This document shows, piece after piece, positions 1-13,928 of a stretch of DNA of 64,000 nt. Every line of letters starts with the position of its first letter. The first letter of the stretch is position 1. Both the position numbers and the translations under genes were made by a program. Source of the DNA: Eledone cirrhosa. Lineage: Eukaryota. The DNA is taken from contig OZ024743.1 in the NCBI GenBank assembly GCA_964016885.1, forward strand, positions 332,940,001 to 333,004,000. Reading direction: 5' to 3'. Below the pieces are notes generated by a model. It was given only the letters and a program-made list of their open reading frames with translations, had not been told where the DNA came from and did no database searches.

Positions 1-139
1 AGGAGTTCAATATATTTTATTATGCGCATTTCAAAAACAAACATCATCAAACAATAATATTTGTGTTTTCATCAGATAAAACAGGAGAACATGATATGAA
101 GGCTAAAAAAACACTTGTTGATAGTGCAGTTTTAAATCA

Positions 140-2162
<2,023 letters not shown>

Positions 2163-2167
<5 letters not shown>

Positions 2168-3398
2168 TGTGAAGATAGACATAGAATATTCGAAAATATT
2201 CTGTATGTTTAAATAAACATTTTGAAGACCCAATCGCTATAGAATAGAATACGTCACGTATTACAATTAGATTCTCGATAAAAGCAAGGGAAGCAACCTA
2301 CGCGTTTCATTCTCATTAGAAATCTTCAGGATTACATATCCAGTGCTTTTATCGAGAATGACACAGCTAGAGACTTATAGAATACTTAGCTGTGTACAGG
2401 AACTGGTTTGAAAGAGCGGTTGCCGGTCCGGCAGAAATTAGAAATTGGATTAAATGCTCTGAAATAGCGATATATATGTGAAGATAGACATAGAATATTC
2501 GAAAATATTCTGTATGTTTAAATAAACATTTTGAAGACCCAATCGCTATAGAATAGAATACGTCACGTATTACAATTAGATTCTCGATAAAAGCAAGGGA
2601 AGCAACCTACGCGTTTCATTCTCATTAGAAATCTTCAGGATTACATATCCAGTGCTTTTATCGAGAATGACACAGCTAGAGACTTATAGAATACTTAGCT
2701 GTGTACAGGAACTGGTTTGAAAGAGCGGTTGCCGGTCCGGCAGAAATTAGAAATTGGATTAAATGCTCTGAAATAGCGATATATATGTGAAGATAGACAT
2801 AGAATATTCGAAAATATTCTGTATGTTTAAATAAACATTTTGAAGACCCAATCGCTATAGAATAGAATACGTCACGTATTACAATTAGATTCTCGATAAA
2901 AGCAAGGGAAGCAACCTACGCGTTTCATTCTCATTAGAAATCTTCAGGATTACATATCCAGTGCTTTTATCGAGAATGACACAGCTAGAGACTTATAGAA
3001 TACTTAGCTGTGTACAGGAACTGGTTTGAAAGAGCGGTTGCCGGTCCGGCAGAAATTAGAAATTGGATTAAATGCTCTGAAATAGCGATATATATGTGAA
3101 GATAGACATAGAATATTCGAAAATATTCTGTATGTTTAAATAAACATTTTGAAGACCCAATCGCTATAGAATAGAATACGTCACGTATTACAATTAGATT
3201 CTCGATAAAAGCAAGGGAAGCAACCTACGCGTTTCATTCTCATTAGAAATCTTCAGGATTACATATCCAGTGCTTTTATCGAGAATGACACAGCTAGAGA
3301 CTTATAGAATACTTAGCTGTGTACAGGAACTGGTTTGAAAGAGCGGTTGCCGGTCCGGCAGAAATTAGAAATTGGATTAAATGCTCTGAAATAGCGAT
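2163..3398 (-). repeat. 309-bp tandem array, 4 units, HHR sense on minus strand
   Basis: GTGAAGATAG recurs at 2169, 2478, 2787 and 3096 (period 309); units essentially identical. Confidence 0.97.
2271..2359 (-). ncRNA. Type I hammerhead ribozyme motif (first of 4 minus-strand copies; cores at 2293-2335, 2602-2644, 2911-2953, 3220-3262)
   Basis: Exact reverse complement of the motif at 3544-3632. Confidence 0.8.
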
Positions 3399-5897
3399 TT
3401 TCGAATATTCTATGTCTATCTTCACATATATATCGCTATTTCAGAGCATTTAATCCAATTTCTAATTTCTGCCGGACCGGCAACCGCTCTTTCAAACCAG
3501 TTCCTGTACACAGCTAAGTATTCTATAAGTCTCTAGCTGTGTCATTCTCGATAAAAGCACTGGATATGTAATCCTGAAGATTTCTAATGAGAATGAAACG
3601 CGTAGGTTGCTTCCCTTGCTTTTATCGAGAATCTAATTGTAATACGTGACGTATTCTATTCTATAGCGATTGGGTCTTCAAAATGTTTATTTAAACATAC
3701 AGAATATTTTCGAATATTCTATGTCTATCTTCACATATATATCGCTATTTCAGAGCATTTAATCCAATTTCTAATTTCTGCCGGACCGGCTACCGCTCTT
3801 TCAAACCAGTTCCTGTACACAGCTAAGTATTCTATAAGTCTCTAGCTGTGTCATTCTCGATAAAAGCACTGGATATGTAATCCTGAAGATTTCTAATGAG
3901 AATGAAACGCGTAGGTTGCTTCCCTTGCTTTTATCGAGAATCTAATTGTAATACGTGACGTATTCTATTCTATAGCGATTGGGTCTTCAAAATGTTTATT
4001 TAAACATACAGAATATTTTCGAATATTCTATGTCTATCTTCACATATATATCGCTATTTCAGAGCATTTAATCCAATTTCTAATTTCTGCCGGACCGGCA
4101 ACCGCTCTTTCAAACCAGTTCCTGTACACAGCTAAGTATTCTATAAGTCTCTAGCTGTGTCATTCTCGATAAAAGCACTGGATATGTAATCCTGAAGATT
4201 TCTAATGAGAATGAAACGCGTAGGTTGCTTCCCTTGCTTTTATCGAGAATCTAATTGTAATACGTGACGTATTCTATTCTATAGCGATTGGGTCTTCAAA
4301 ATGTTTATTTAAACATACAGAATATTTTCGAATATTCTATGTCTATCTTCACATATATATCGCTATTTCAGAGCATTTAATCCAATTTCTAATTTCTGCC
4401 GGACCGGCTACCGCTCTTTCAAACCAGTTCCTGTACACAGCTAAGTATTCTATAAGTCTCTAGCTGTGTCATTCTCGATAAAAGCACTGGATATGTAATC
4501 CTGAAGATTTCTAATGAGAATGAAACGCGTAGGTTGCTTCCCTTGCTTTTATCGAGAATCTAATTGTAATACGTGACGTATTCTATTCTATAGCGATTGG
4601 GTCTTCAAAATGTTTATTTAAACATACAGAATATTTTCGAATATTCTATGTCTATCTTCACATATATATCGCTATTTCAGAGCATTTAATCCAATTTCTA
4701 ATTTCTGCCGGACCGGCAACCGCTCTTTCAAACCAGTTCCTGTACACAGCTAAGTATTCTATAAGTCTCTAGCTGTGTCATTCTCGATAAAAGCACTGGA
4801 TATGTAATCCTGAAGATTTCTAATGAGAATGAAACGCGTAGGTTGCTTCCCTTGCTTTTATCGAGAATCTAATTGTAATACGTGACGTATTCTATTCTAT
4901 AGCGATTGGGTCTTCAAAATGTTTATTTAAACATACAGAATATTTTCGAATATTCTATGTCTATCTTCACATATATATCGCTATTTCAGAGCATTTAATC
5001 CAATTTCTAATTTCTGCCGGACCGGCTACCGCTCTTTCAAACCAGTTCCTGTACACAGCTAAGTATTCTATAAGTCTCTAGCTGTGTTATTCTCGATAAA
5101 AGCACTGGATATGTAATCCTGAAGATTTCTAATGAGAATGAAACGCGTAGGTTGCTTCCCTTGCTTTTATCGAGAATCTAATTGTAATACGTGACGTATT
5201 CTATTCTATAGCGATTGGGTCTTCAAAATGTTTATTTAAACATACAGAATATTTTCGAATATTCTATGTCTATCTTCACATATATATCGCTATTTCAGAG
5301 CATTTAATCCAATTTCTAATTTCTGCCGGACCGGCAACCGCTCTTTCAAACCAGTTCCTGTACACAGCTAAGTATTCTATAAGTCTCTAGCTGTGTCATT
5401 CTCGATAAAAGCACTGGATATGTAATCCTGAAGATTTCTAATGAGAATGAAACGCGTAGGTTGCTTCCCTTGCTTTTATCGAGAATCTAATTGTAATACG
5501 TGACGTATTCTATTCTATAGCGATTGGGTCTTCAAAATGTTTATTTAAACATACAGAATATTTTCGAATATTCTATGTCTATCTTCACATATATATCGCT
5601 ATTTCAGAGCATTTAATCCAATTTCTAATTTCTGCCGGACCGGCAACCGCTCTTTCAAACCAGTTCCTGTACACAGCTAAGTATTCTATAAGTCTCTAGC
5701 TGTGTCATTCTCGATAAAAGCACTGGATATGTAATCCTGAAGATTTCTAATGAGAATGAAACGCGTAGGTTGCTTCCCTTGCTTTTATCGAGAATCTAAT
5801 TGTAATACGTGACGTATTCTATTCTATAGCGATTGGGTCTTCAAAATGTTTATTTAAACATACAGAATATTTTCGAATATTCTATGTCTATCTTCAC

Positions 5898-5903
<6 letters not shown>
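3397..5903 (+). repeat. Same 309-bp unit in opposite orientation, about 8.1 units (retrozyme-like array)
   Basis: Reverse complement of the 2163-3398 unit; GTAATCCTGAAGA at 3568, 3877, 4186, 4495, 4804, 5113, 5422 and 5731. Confidence 0.97.
3544..3632 (+). ncRNA. Type I hammerhead ribozyme motif (first of 8 plus-strand copies, every 309 bp)
   Basis: Stem I GUAAUC (3568-73)/GGUUGC (3605-10); core CUGAAGA 3574-80; stem II UUCU-aaug-AGAA closed by U.U; GAAA 3595-98; palindromic CGCG stem III; GUA cleavage triplet ending 3604; outer perfect 16-bp stem 3544-59/3617-32. Confidence 0.8.
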
Positions 5904-6850
<947 letters not shown>

Positions 6851-7029
6851 AAATGTGTGTAATCCTTGGTACAGTTAGTTATATTAAGACAGGGGGGAAG
6901 AAAAAATGGCTTCACTTGTGCTTTCAACAAATTTATTTTCTTCACAAAATCCAAAAAGAATTTTTTTCCGGATTAGAAAAAAAATTTTTTTTCCTTAAAA
7001 AAAATTATTTTATAAATTAAGTTAGGTCT

Positions 7030-7410
7030 TCGGAGTTCTTGGTTAACGTAGGAGGTATTGTTTCGTTTTTAGAACGACCTTTCACGCTGAGGTGCGCTTG
7101 TCAAACTGATGTGTATGTGGTGTGTTGTTCTATATATAGGGATTTAACATGTCTGTGGTGTGGTGGGGGGTTTTTTCTCCCCCTTTTTAATAAGTGTATG
7201 GGTGTAGGTGTGTTGAAAAAGTGTTAATAGCAGTAATGAGTTGAGACGGTGAGTAGGGTTGGGTGGGGAGAAATGTAGCAAGTGCGGCCTGCCCCGGTCA
7301 TTCTCGAAAAATTCCTTTATTCAGGGGATTCCTTTGTGTTGAGAATGGTCACAGGCAAATCGCACCTGCCAAGTTTGTAAACAATTATTTTTTTCTGAAG
7401 AATTTTTCTA
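7030..7410 (-). mobile_element. Possible highly decayed Penelope-like 3' end with degenerate HHR
   Basis: Minus strand reads KLGRCDL...TILNTKES..NK-like text resembling PLE endonuclease C-termini, then TTGACAA-GCGC-acctca-GCGT-GAAA-ggtcgttc at 7071-7107. Confidence 0.3.
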
Positions 7411-7439
7411 CGCCCATCCCAAAATTAGTCCTTTGTTCA

Positions 7440-7950
7440 TGTGCGCATATACGTACATACACACACGGGCATATGTAGGAATATATAGGCACACACCATC
7501 AATCACACACCCATGTACACATACATCCACAAAAACATATAAAGACATAAAAACACATACACATACGTACACACACGAATATGTACTCATACCTCCACAT
7601 GGGTGTATATATATATATATATACATACATATACATACATATACACACATAAAGATACATAACTAAATATACATATATACCCATACACGCACACACACAC
7701 ACATACATATGTTCGTATATATACCTCCGTTCACACATACATGCACACACACACACACACACATACATATATATATAGAGAGAGGCATACACACACACAC
7801 ATATACATATATATATATATATACATACATATATGTACACATAAACACATACAGACACATACACACATATACATATATCTATATACACACATGTATACAT
7901 ATACACATACAAGTACATACATACACACATACATACATACACATACATAT
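7440..7950. repeat. (CA)/(TACA) low-complexity tract
   Basis: Read directly; a similar tract lies at 8352-8820. Confidence 0.9.
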
Positions 7951-8345
7951 GGTGGCTGCCAACTCGTTTTCGAGTACGGCCACTACTTTATATCCATGTA
8001 GGAGAACCCCTACCGATGCGCTGAACGAGTGTGACTTTTTATTCCAGCCAGCGACTTGAAAACTCTGGTACAAACACTACACTTGTGACAATTACTGACA
8101 CATAGTGCTGGGCCCATAGTACCATGTGACGACAAGGGCAGAGAGATCTCCAGATATAAAGCAATGCCTGTGCCGTGAAGCTTTTATAGTGAGCAAAGGC
8201 ACTGCACAAAGCCAGTCCCACTCTCTTAACCAAGATGATATTTACCAAAAAGAAGAACAAGTCAACATCATTGGATACCATCAGGGTTGCAGGTGTTATA
8301 TCAGAGTTTTCCTTCTCCTAGAATTCTGCCTTGACAAAGGCTAAG
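7950..8345 (-). mobile_element. Possible retroelement fragment (RTE 5'UTR-like)
   Basis: Minus strand contains CTAGGAGAAGGAAAACTCTGAT, which I recall from RTE-type 5'UTRs; flanked by microsatellites; no ORF support. Confidence 0.3.
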
Positions 8346-8385
8346 GGGTCATCATATACATACATATATACATACACACATACAT

Positions 8386-8437
<52 letters not shown>

Positions 8438-8618
8438 ACACACAAGCACATAAAGACATATACATACATATATATATATATATATATACATCTACATACA
8501 TACATACATATACACATACAGAAACATACACATATGTACACACATATATACATATATGCACATACATACACACACACATATATAGATACATACATATACA
8601 TACACACACATAAACATA

Positions 8619-8656
<38 letters not shown>

Positions 8657-8899
8657 TATACATATATACACACATATATATATATATATATATACACGCA
8701 CATATACAAACATACACACATCCATACATATATATATACACACACATACACACACCCACATACATATATACCCACACGTACATACATCCATACATACCTA
8801 CACACACATGTGTGTGTCTCACCGTTCACTCAGATATTCATGTGTACACATAAGAAGAGGGGGGGGTAGTGAAATGGAATTTTACCTCCGAGTGTTAAT

Positions 8900-9404
8900 T
8901 CATTTTTTCGTGTTCAGTAGTGGTTTAAATTTTTCAATGAAGAATTCTTCTTTATATCTGCGGAAATGTTCGTTATCGGACCATATCTTGAAGAAAGGGA
9001 AGATTGTGAATTTTCCCTTCCCGCATGATGCAAAGTGTGCGCTACATGTGGTATTTCTGACTCTGGGGTCTTTAATTTGTTGTTTATGTACCCGGACTAT
9101 CATGTAATCCCGTTCCGGTTTCCCCAATGTAATACTCTTTACACTGTGGACATGTTGTGCAATATATTAGGTTTTTCGTTTTGCAGTTCATGTTTGCATT
9201 GACCTTGAAATTATCATGGTTTTTGAAGGACAACTGTTTGCCCTCTTCGATGAGTTCACAGGTTCCACATCTAGGGTCCCCGCATTTCGTCACTTGCATT
9301 GATTCCATGTTGGTCGTAAATTTTGCCTTGGTAATTAGTTTTTTAAGGTTGGGTGCTTGGCGTCTGCTATAAATTATTTGTGTGTTTTTTAAGAGCGCAT
9401 TCAT
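8900..9404 (-). mobile_element. Penelope-like element GIY-YIG endonuclease remnant (Neptune-type, frameshifted)
   Basis: ORFs 9084-9404 and 8900-9127 give SRRQAPNLKKLI, KCGDPRCGTC, NLIYCTTCPQCKEYYIGETG, RVHKQQI and EEFFIEKFKPLLN: Cys-rich linker plus GIY-YIG. Confidence 0.9.
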
Positions 9405-9405
9405 T

Positions 9406-9436
<31 letters not shown>

Positions 9437-9437
9437 A

Positions 9438-10434
9438 TCATAATCTATAAAGCTCAGTGTGTGGTTATGCTCCTTCGTTATAGAAATCTACGATATAGAA
9501 TTTCTTCAATTGAAATTTACAAATCAGGACTCGAAACAGTATCGATTGCGTCTTGACGCAGATACTTTTTCAATTTCACCCACAATTACGCAAAAAATAG
9601 ATAAAACTCAATATTTTACGATTTTTCTCTCTCATTTAAACTGCTGAACTCTTTCTACTACCATTCAAAATCTATACAACTTCATACTTTCTGCTACTTT
9701 CTCTTTCCAAGCTTGATGGTGATACTGTCTGTTCACACCACTCCCTACTGTCTTAAATTTAGAAAACACATATCCTCTATGAGGTTACTAAACCTGCTAG
9801 AAACAGCAGCTAACTCTCCCCCATATCACACCCCTCCCCACACCACTCCCTACTGTCTTAAATTTAGAAAACACATATCCTCTATGAGGTTACTAAACCT
9901 GCTAGAAACAGCAGCTAACTCTACCCCATATCACACCCCTCCCTACTGTCTTAAATTTAGAAAACATCTTCTATGAGGTCACTAAACCTGCTAGAAACAG
10001 CAGCTAACTCTCCCCCATATCACACCACTCCCTACTGTCTTAAATTTAGAAAACATATCCTCTATGAGGTCACTAAACCTGCTAGAAACAACAGCTAACT
10101 CTTCCTCATATCACAACCCTCCCTACTGTCTTAAATTTAGAAAACACACAGACAACCATGCAGAACAACTCCATCGCAGCTCTGTTGTTCGGCTGGCATC
10201 GTCTACGCGCGTGTTGCGCAAGTACTGTGAAACAATAAATTTCAACACTTCTTTGCACAGAGATAATATCCATAGGCGATACTACAATTGTCACTGCTGG
10301 CGCAGCTCATGCTTCCAGGTCTGCAATTCATTCACCCAGTGCCTGGCAGACAAAAAAGTGCTGCCATAAAATGGGTGGTGATACCTAACTTTGGTAACTT
10401 AATGACCCCGAGCAACGCCGGGCTTTAATGCTAG
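9438..10434 (+). mobile_element. Non-autonomous Helitron, about 1 kb
   Basis: 5' A|TCATAATCTATAAAGC; subterminal hairpin CCCGAGC-AAC-GCCGGG (10407-10422) followed by CTAG|T at 10431-10434; inserted A/T within TA tracts. Confidence 0.7.
9735..10147 (+). repeat. About 4 imperfect tandem copies (about 90-105 bp) inside the Helitron
   Basis: CTCCCTACTGTCTTAAATTTAGAAAACA recurs five times. Confidence 0.9.
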
Positions 10435-10496
10435 TATATATATATATATATGTATATATATGTATATATATATATGTGTATATATATATATATATA

Positions 10497-12666
10497 TCAT
10501 CATCATCATCATCAACGTTTAAGGTCCGTGTTCCACGCTTGCATGGGTTTGGACGGGGGTATTCCCACTTGAGGCAAGAGTGATTGTCTTGCTCACATAG
10601 GACTGTCTGGCAGGTTTTCTACAGTTGGATGCCCTTCCTAACAACAACCACATTTACAGTGTGGGACTGGGAGGTTTTTACCGTGTTGCCTACACGGCCA
10701 CATTACAGCGTGGACTGTGTGTTTTTTTGTTGTGACACCTACACGATCTCATGTTTCGGCCTGGATGTTGTGGCACCAACATAACTTTACATAGGAGGGG
10801 GTGGTGTGGATGGGGGTGTGGGTGGTGGGACGGGGGTGTATTTTGTTAGAGATGCCTACTAGCTGTAGTAGGTTTTACTATGTATTTAGGTAAGGCGGGT
10901 CTTCTCTATTACTGAGTACCGCCAAAGGTCTCGGTCCAGTGACATTGTCTTGGAGAGGTGTAAGTGTGTGAGGTCGGAGTTTATCAGCTCGTCCCAGGAT
11001 TTTCTAGGTCTGCCTATTCCGTGGCTACCGTCTATCTTTATTGCCCTGCACTTTGATATACAGCTATCGACTTTCATGCGCATCATGTGACCATACCAAC
11101 GTAGCCTTCTCTCGAGTAAACAACATCTGATCCCTCTTATTTCTAATTTTTTCCTTAGTTCGTTTATGCTTTGCCGTTCACGTATATTACTATTACACAT
11201 CCAGCGGAGCATGCAAGCTTCGTTCCTCTCTAGTCTGCGTATATCCTCTGCGCACAATGCCCAGGTCTCGCTGCCATGCAACATTGCTGTTCGTATGCAG
11301 GCATCATACAACCTGCCTTTCATTTTTAGGGAGAACCCTTTAGCGGCTAATAGTGGTATAAGCTCTCTGAACTTTTTCCATCCAGTTCTGACTCTAGCTA
11401 CTGTACTTTCGGAGCACCCTCCCCCACTGCTGATTTTGTCACCCAGGTAACGGAAGCTGTCCACTTTTTCTATAGAGCCCTCTGCGCAATTGAAAAAGTT
11501 AGTATTTTGTGGGCACTCGCTGCTACTTATTGCACCAGAGCACCGGCCACATGTAAAATCTAAGTTCTTAGTTAGCTTACCTGTGATCCCACTACATCTT
11601 TTATGCACCCATACTTTGCATTTGGGACATAAAATGGAGTTTCTACCTACGCCTTTCCTACACACTGAGCATGGCCATTTCCCGGAAGGGACCGCCGCCT
11701 TATTTTCTTTCCTACAAACTAGAACTTTAGTCTTAGCCAGGTTAATTTTAAGGCCTTTTGATTCTAGGCCGTGCTTCCATGTTTGGAATTTCTTCTCTAG
11801 CTCGGCCATTGATTCAGCTATGAGTGTCAGGTCGTCTGCGTATAGGAGTTCCCATGGGCAGCCGGTCTTGAACTCCTCTGTTATAGCCTGAAGGGCAATA
11901 ATAAATAGTAGGGGGCTGAGAACAGAGCCCTGATGGACGCCAACTTTTACGCTAAACTCTTCACTATATTCGTTGTTAATTCTAACCTTGCTGACTGTTT
12001 CTTTATACATGGCTTGTATAGCTCTCACAAGCCATTCGTCAACACCTAGTTTTCTAAGAGCCCACCAGATAATGGAACGGGGGACTCTGTCGAAGGCTTT
12101 CTCCAAGTCGACAAAAGCTAAGTAGAGGGGTTTACCTTTAGCTAGGTACTTCTCCTGTAGTTGACGTACAATGAAAAGAGCGTCTGTGGTACTTTTGCCT
12201 GACACAAACCCGAACTGCATTTCATCTAGGTCAATTCTCTCTCTGATTAGTTGCGCTATTACTTTTTCCGTGACCTTCATGACCTGGTCAATTAGTTTAA
12301 TGCCTCTATAGTTAGTCCTATCTAGGGCATCTCCTTTACCCTTATAACAGTTAACGATGATGCTGCTATGCCAGTCCTTCGGAACAACCCCATTCTGTAC
12401 GACTTGGTTAACTATCCGGGTGACCAAGGTGTGTCCCACCGAGCCAGATGCCTTCAGCATCTCAGCAACTATTTCCGAAGGCCCAGCCGCCTTACCCGTC
12501 TTCATATCCTTGATTGCCTTACTTATTATACTACCCTCGACTAACACTGCTGGTCCCTCTATTGGGTCGATGTGGGGGAGACTGTCTTTCTCCCATTTAT
12601 TCTCCTCATTTAGTAGCCTTTCATAGTGGCACTTCCAAGCTACCTTCTTATCAGCGTCGGTGATGG
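10497..12666 (-). mobile_element. 5'-truncated RTE-clade LINE with uninterrupted RT ORF (10886-12547), 3'UTR and (ATG)n tail
   Basis: [56 protein letters not shown]; (CAT)n at 10497. Confidence 0.96.
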
Positions 12667-12712
12667 TATATGTGTGTATATATATATATATATGTGTGTG
12701 TGTATATATATA

Positions 12713-12847
<135 letters not shown>

Positions 12848-12916
12848 ATATATATATATATATGTGTATATATATATATATGTGTGTATATATATATATA
12901 TGTGTATATATATATA

Positions 12917-13251
12917 TCATCATCATCATTTTACGTCCGCTTTTCCCTGCTTGCAAGGGTGGGACAGGAACTGATTCTGGCTTGATTTCTACAGCTGGAT
13001 GCCCTTCCTAACACCAACCTCATTTACAGTGAGTGCTGGGTGCTTTTTTGCCGTAGCACCTCCACGACCACTTCACAGTGGAATGATAGGGACCCCAGTC
13101 CCTATCATCTCATTTCTACAGCTGAGTAAACTGGAGCAATGTGAAATAAAGTGTCTTGCTCAAGGAAACAACACATCACCCGGTCTGAGAATTGAACTCA
13201 CAACCTTTCGATTGCAAGGCCAATGCTCTAACCACTAAGCCATGTGCCTCC
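12917..13251 (-). mobile_element. tRNA-derived SINE with RTE-like 3' tail
   Basis: Minus strand: A box TGGCTTAGTGG, B box GAGTTCAATTC, CCTTGAGCAAGACACTT body, TTAGGAAGGGCATCCAGC tail shared with the RTE, (ATG)n; near-identical copies at 37462, 41775 and 60491. Confidence 0.88.
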
Positions 13252-13262
13252 ATATGTGTGTG

Positions 13263-13305
<43 letters not shown>

Positions 13306-13352
13306 ATATATATATATATATGTGTGTGTATATATATATATGTATATCTGTA

Positions 13353-13905
13353 TATGTAACCCATGTGCAACCACGCAGTATTCTTCTTTCTCATGTTTTT
13401 TATATATATTTACCTCGGCTGCGTTTGTCTGTTTCTCTGTTACTGCTTCCCCGCTCTCTCTGTTTCTCTCACCTTCTTTCGCCCCCTCTGTCAGTTACAC
13501 TTTCTCTCGGCTGACCTCTTCCTCGCACTTCCACTCACTCACTCTGTTTCTCCCCTTCTCACTTCCTCCCGTTTGGCTTGTAGTGGGTCTCTTCTTGCTT
13601 ACATCTCACTCACGTCGGACGGTCTGTACCTCTCTCACTCATGAAATCCACCCAGCTTATGCTGACCGGACAACAATGTTGCTCGTTTCTTTTCCTATCT
13701 TTGTTTACTTGTCCCCCTCGCTTTACGCGATTTACTGGTCCCAATAACATTTTTTAGTTATTGCTCGCACCAACCTGAGTTATATGATTTTTAATGCGAT
13801 GAAATACCAATGATGGTTGAAAAATCACTGACGAAGGACTATTTTTATCATATGTAACCCATGTGCAACCACGCAGTATTCTTCTTTCTTCTCATGTTTT
13901 TTTAT
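13353..13905 (+). repeat. About 498-bp unit with terminal direct repeat (pLTR-like) and half-intact HHR core
   Basis: TATGTAACCCATGTGCAACCACGCAGTATTCTTCTTTC at both 13353 and 13851; ACTGACGAAGG at 13827 with CAGT downstream but no GAAA. Confidence 0.5.
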
Positions 13906-13928
13906 ATATATATGTATATATATATATA

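Noticed and set aside
11166-11891. Plus-strand ORFs overlapping RTE copies
   Set aside because: Antisense shadows of the RT ORF.
13170-13251. tRNA gene
   Set aside because: A and B boxes belong to a SINE head fused to a repeat body and tail; no acceptor stem.
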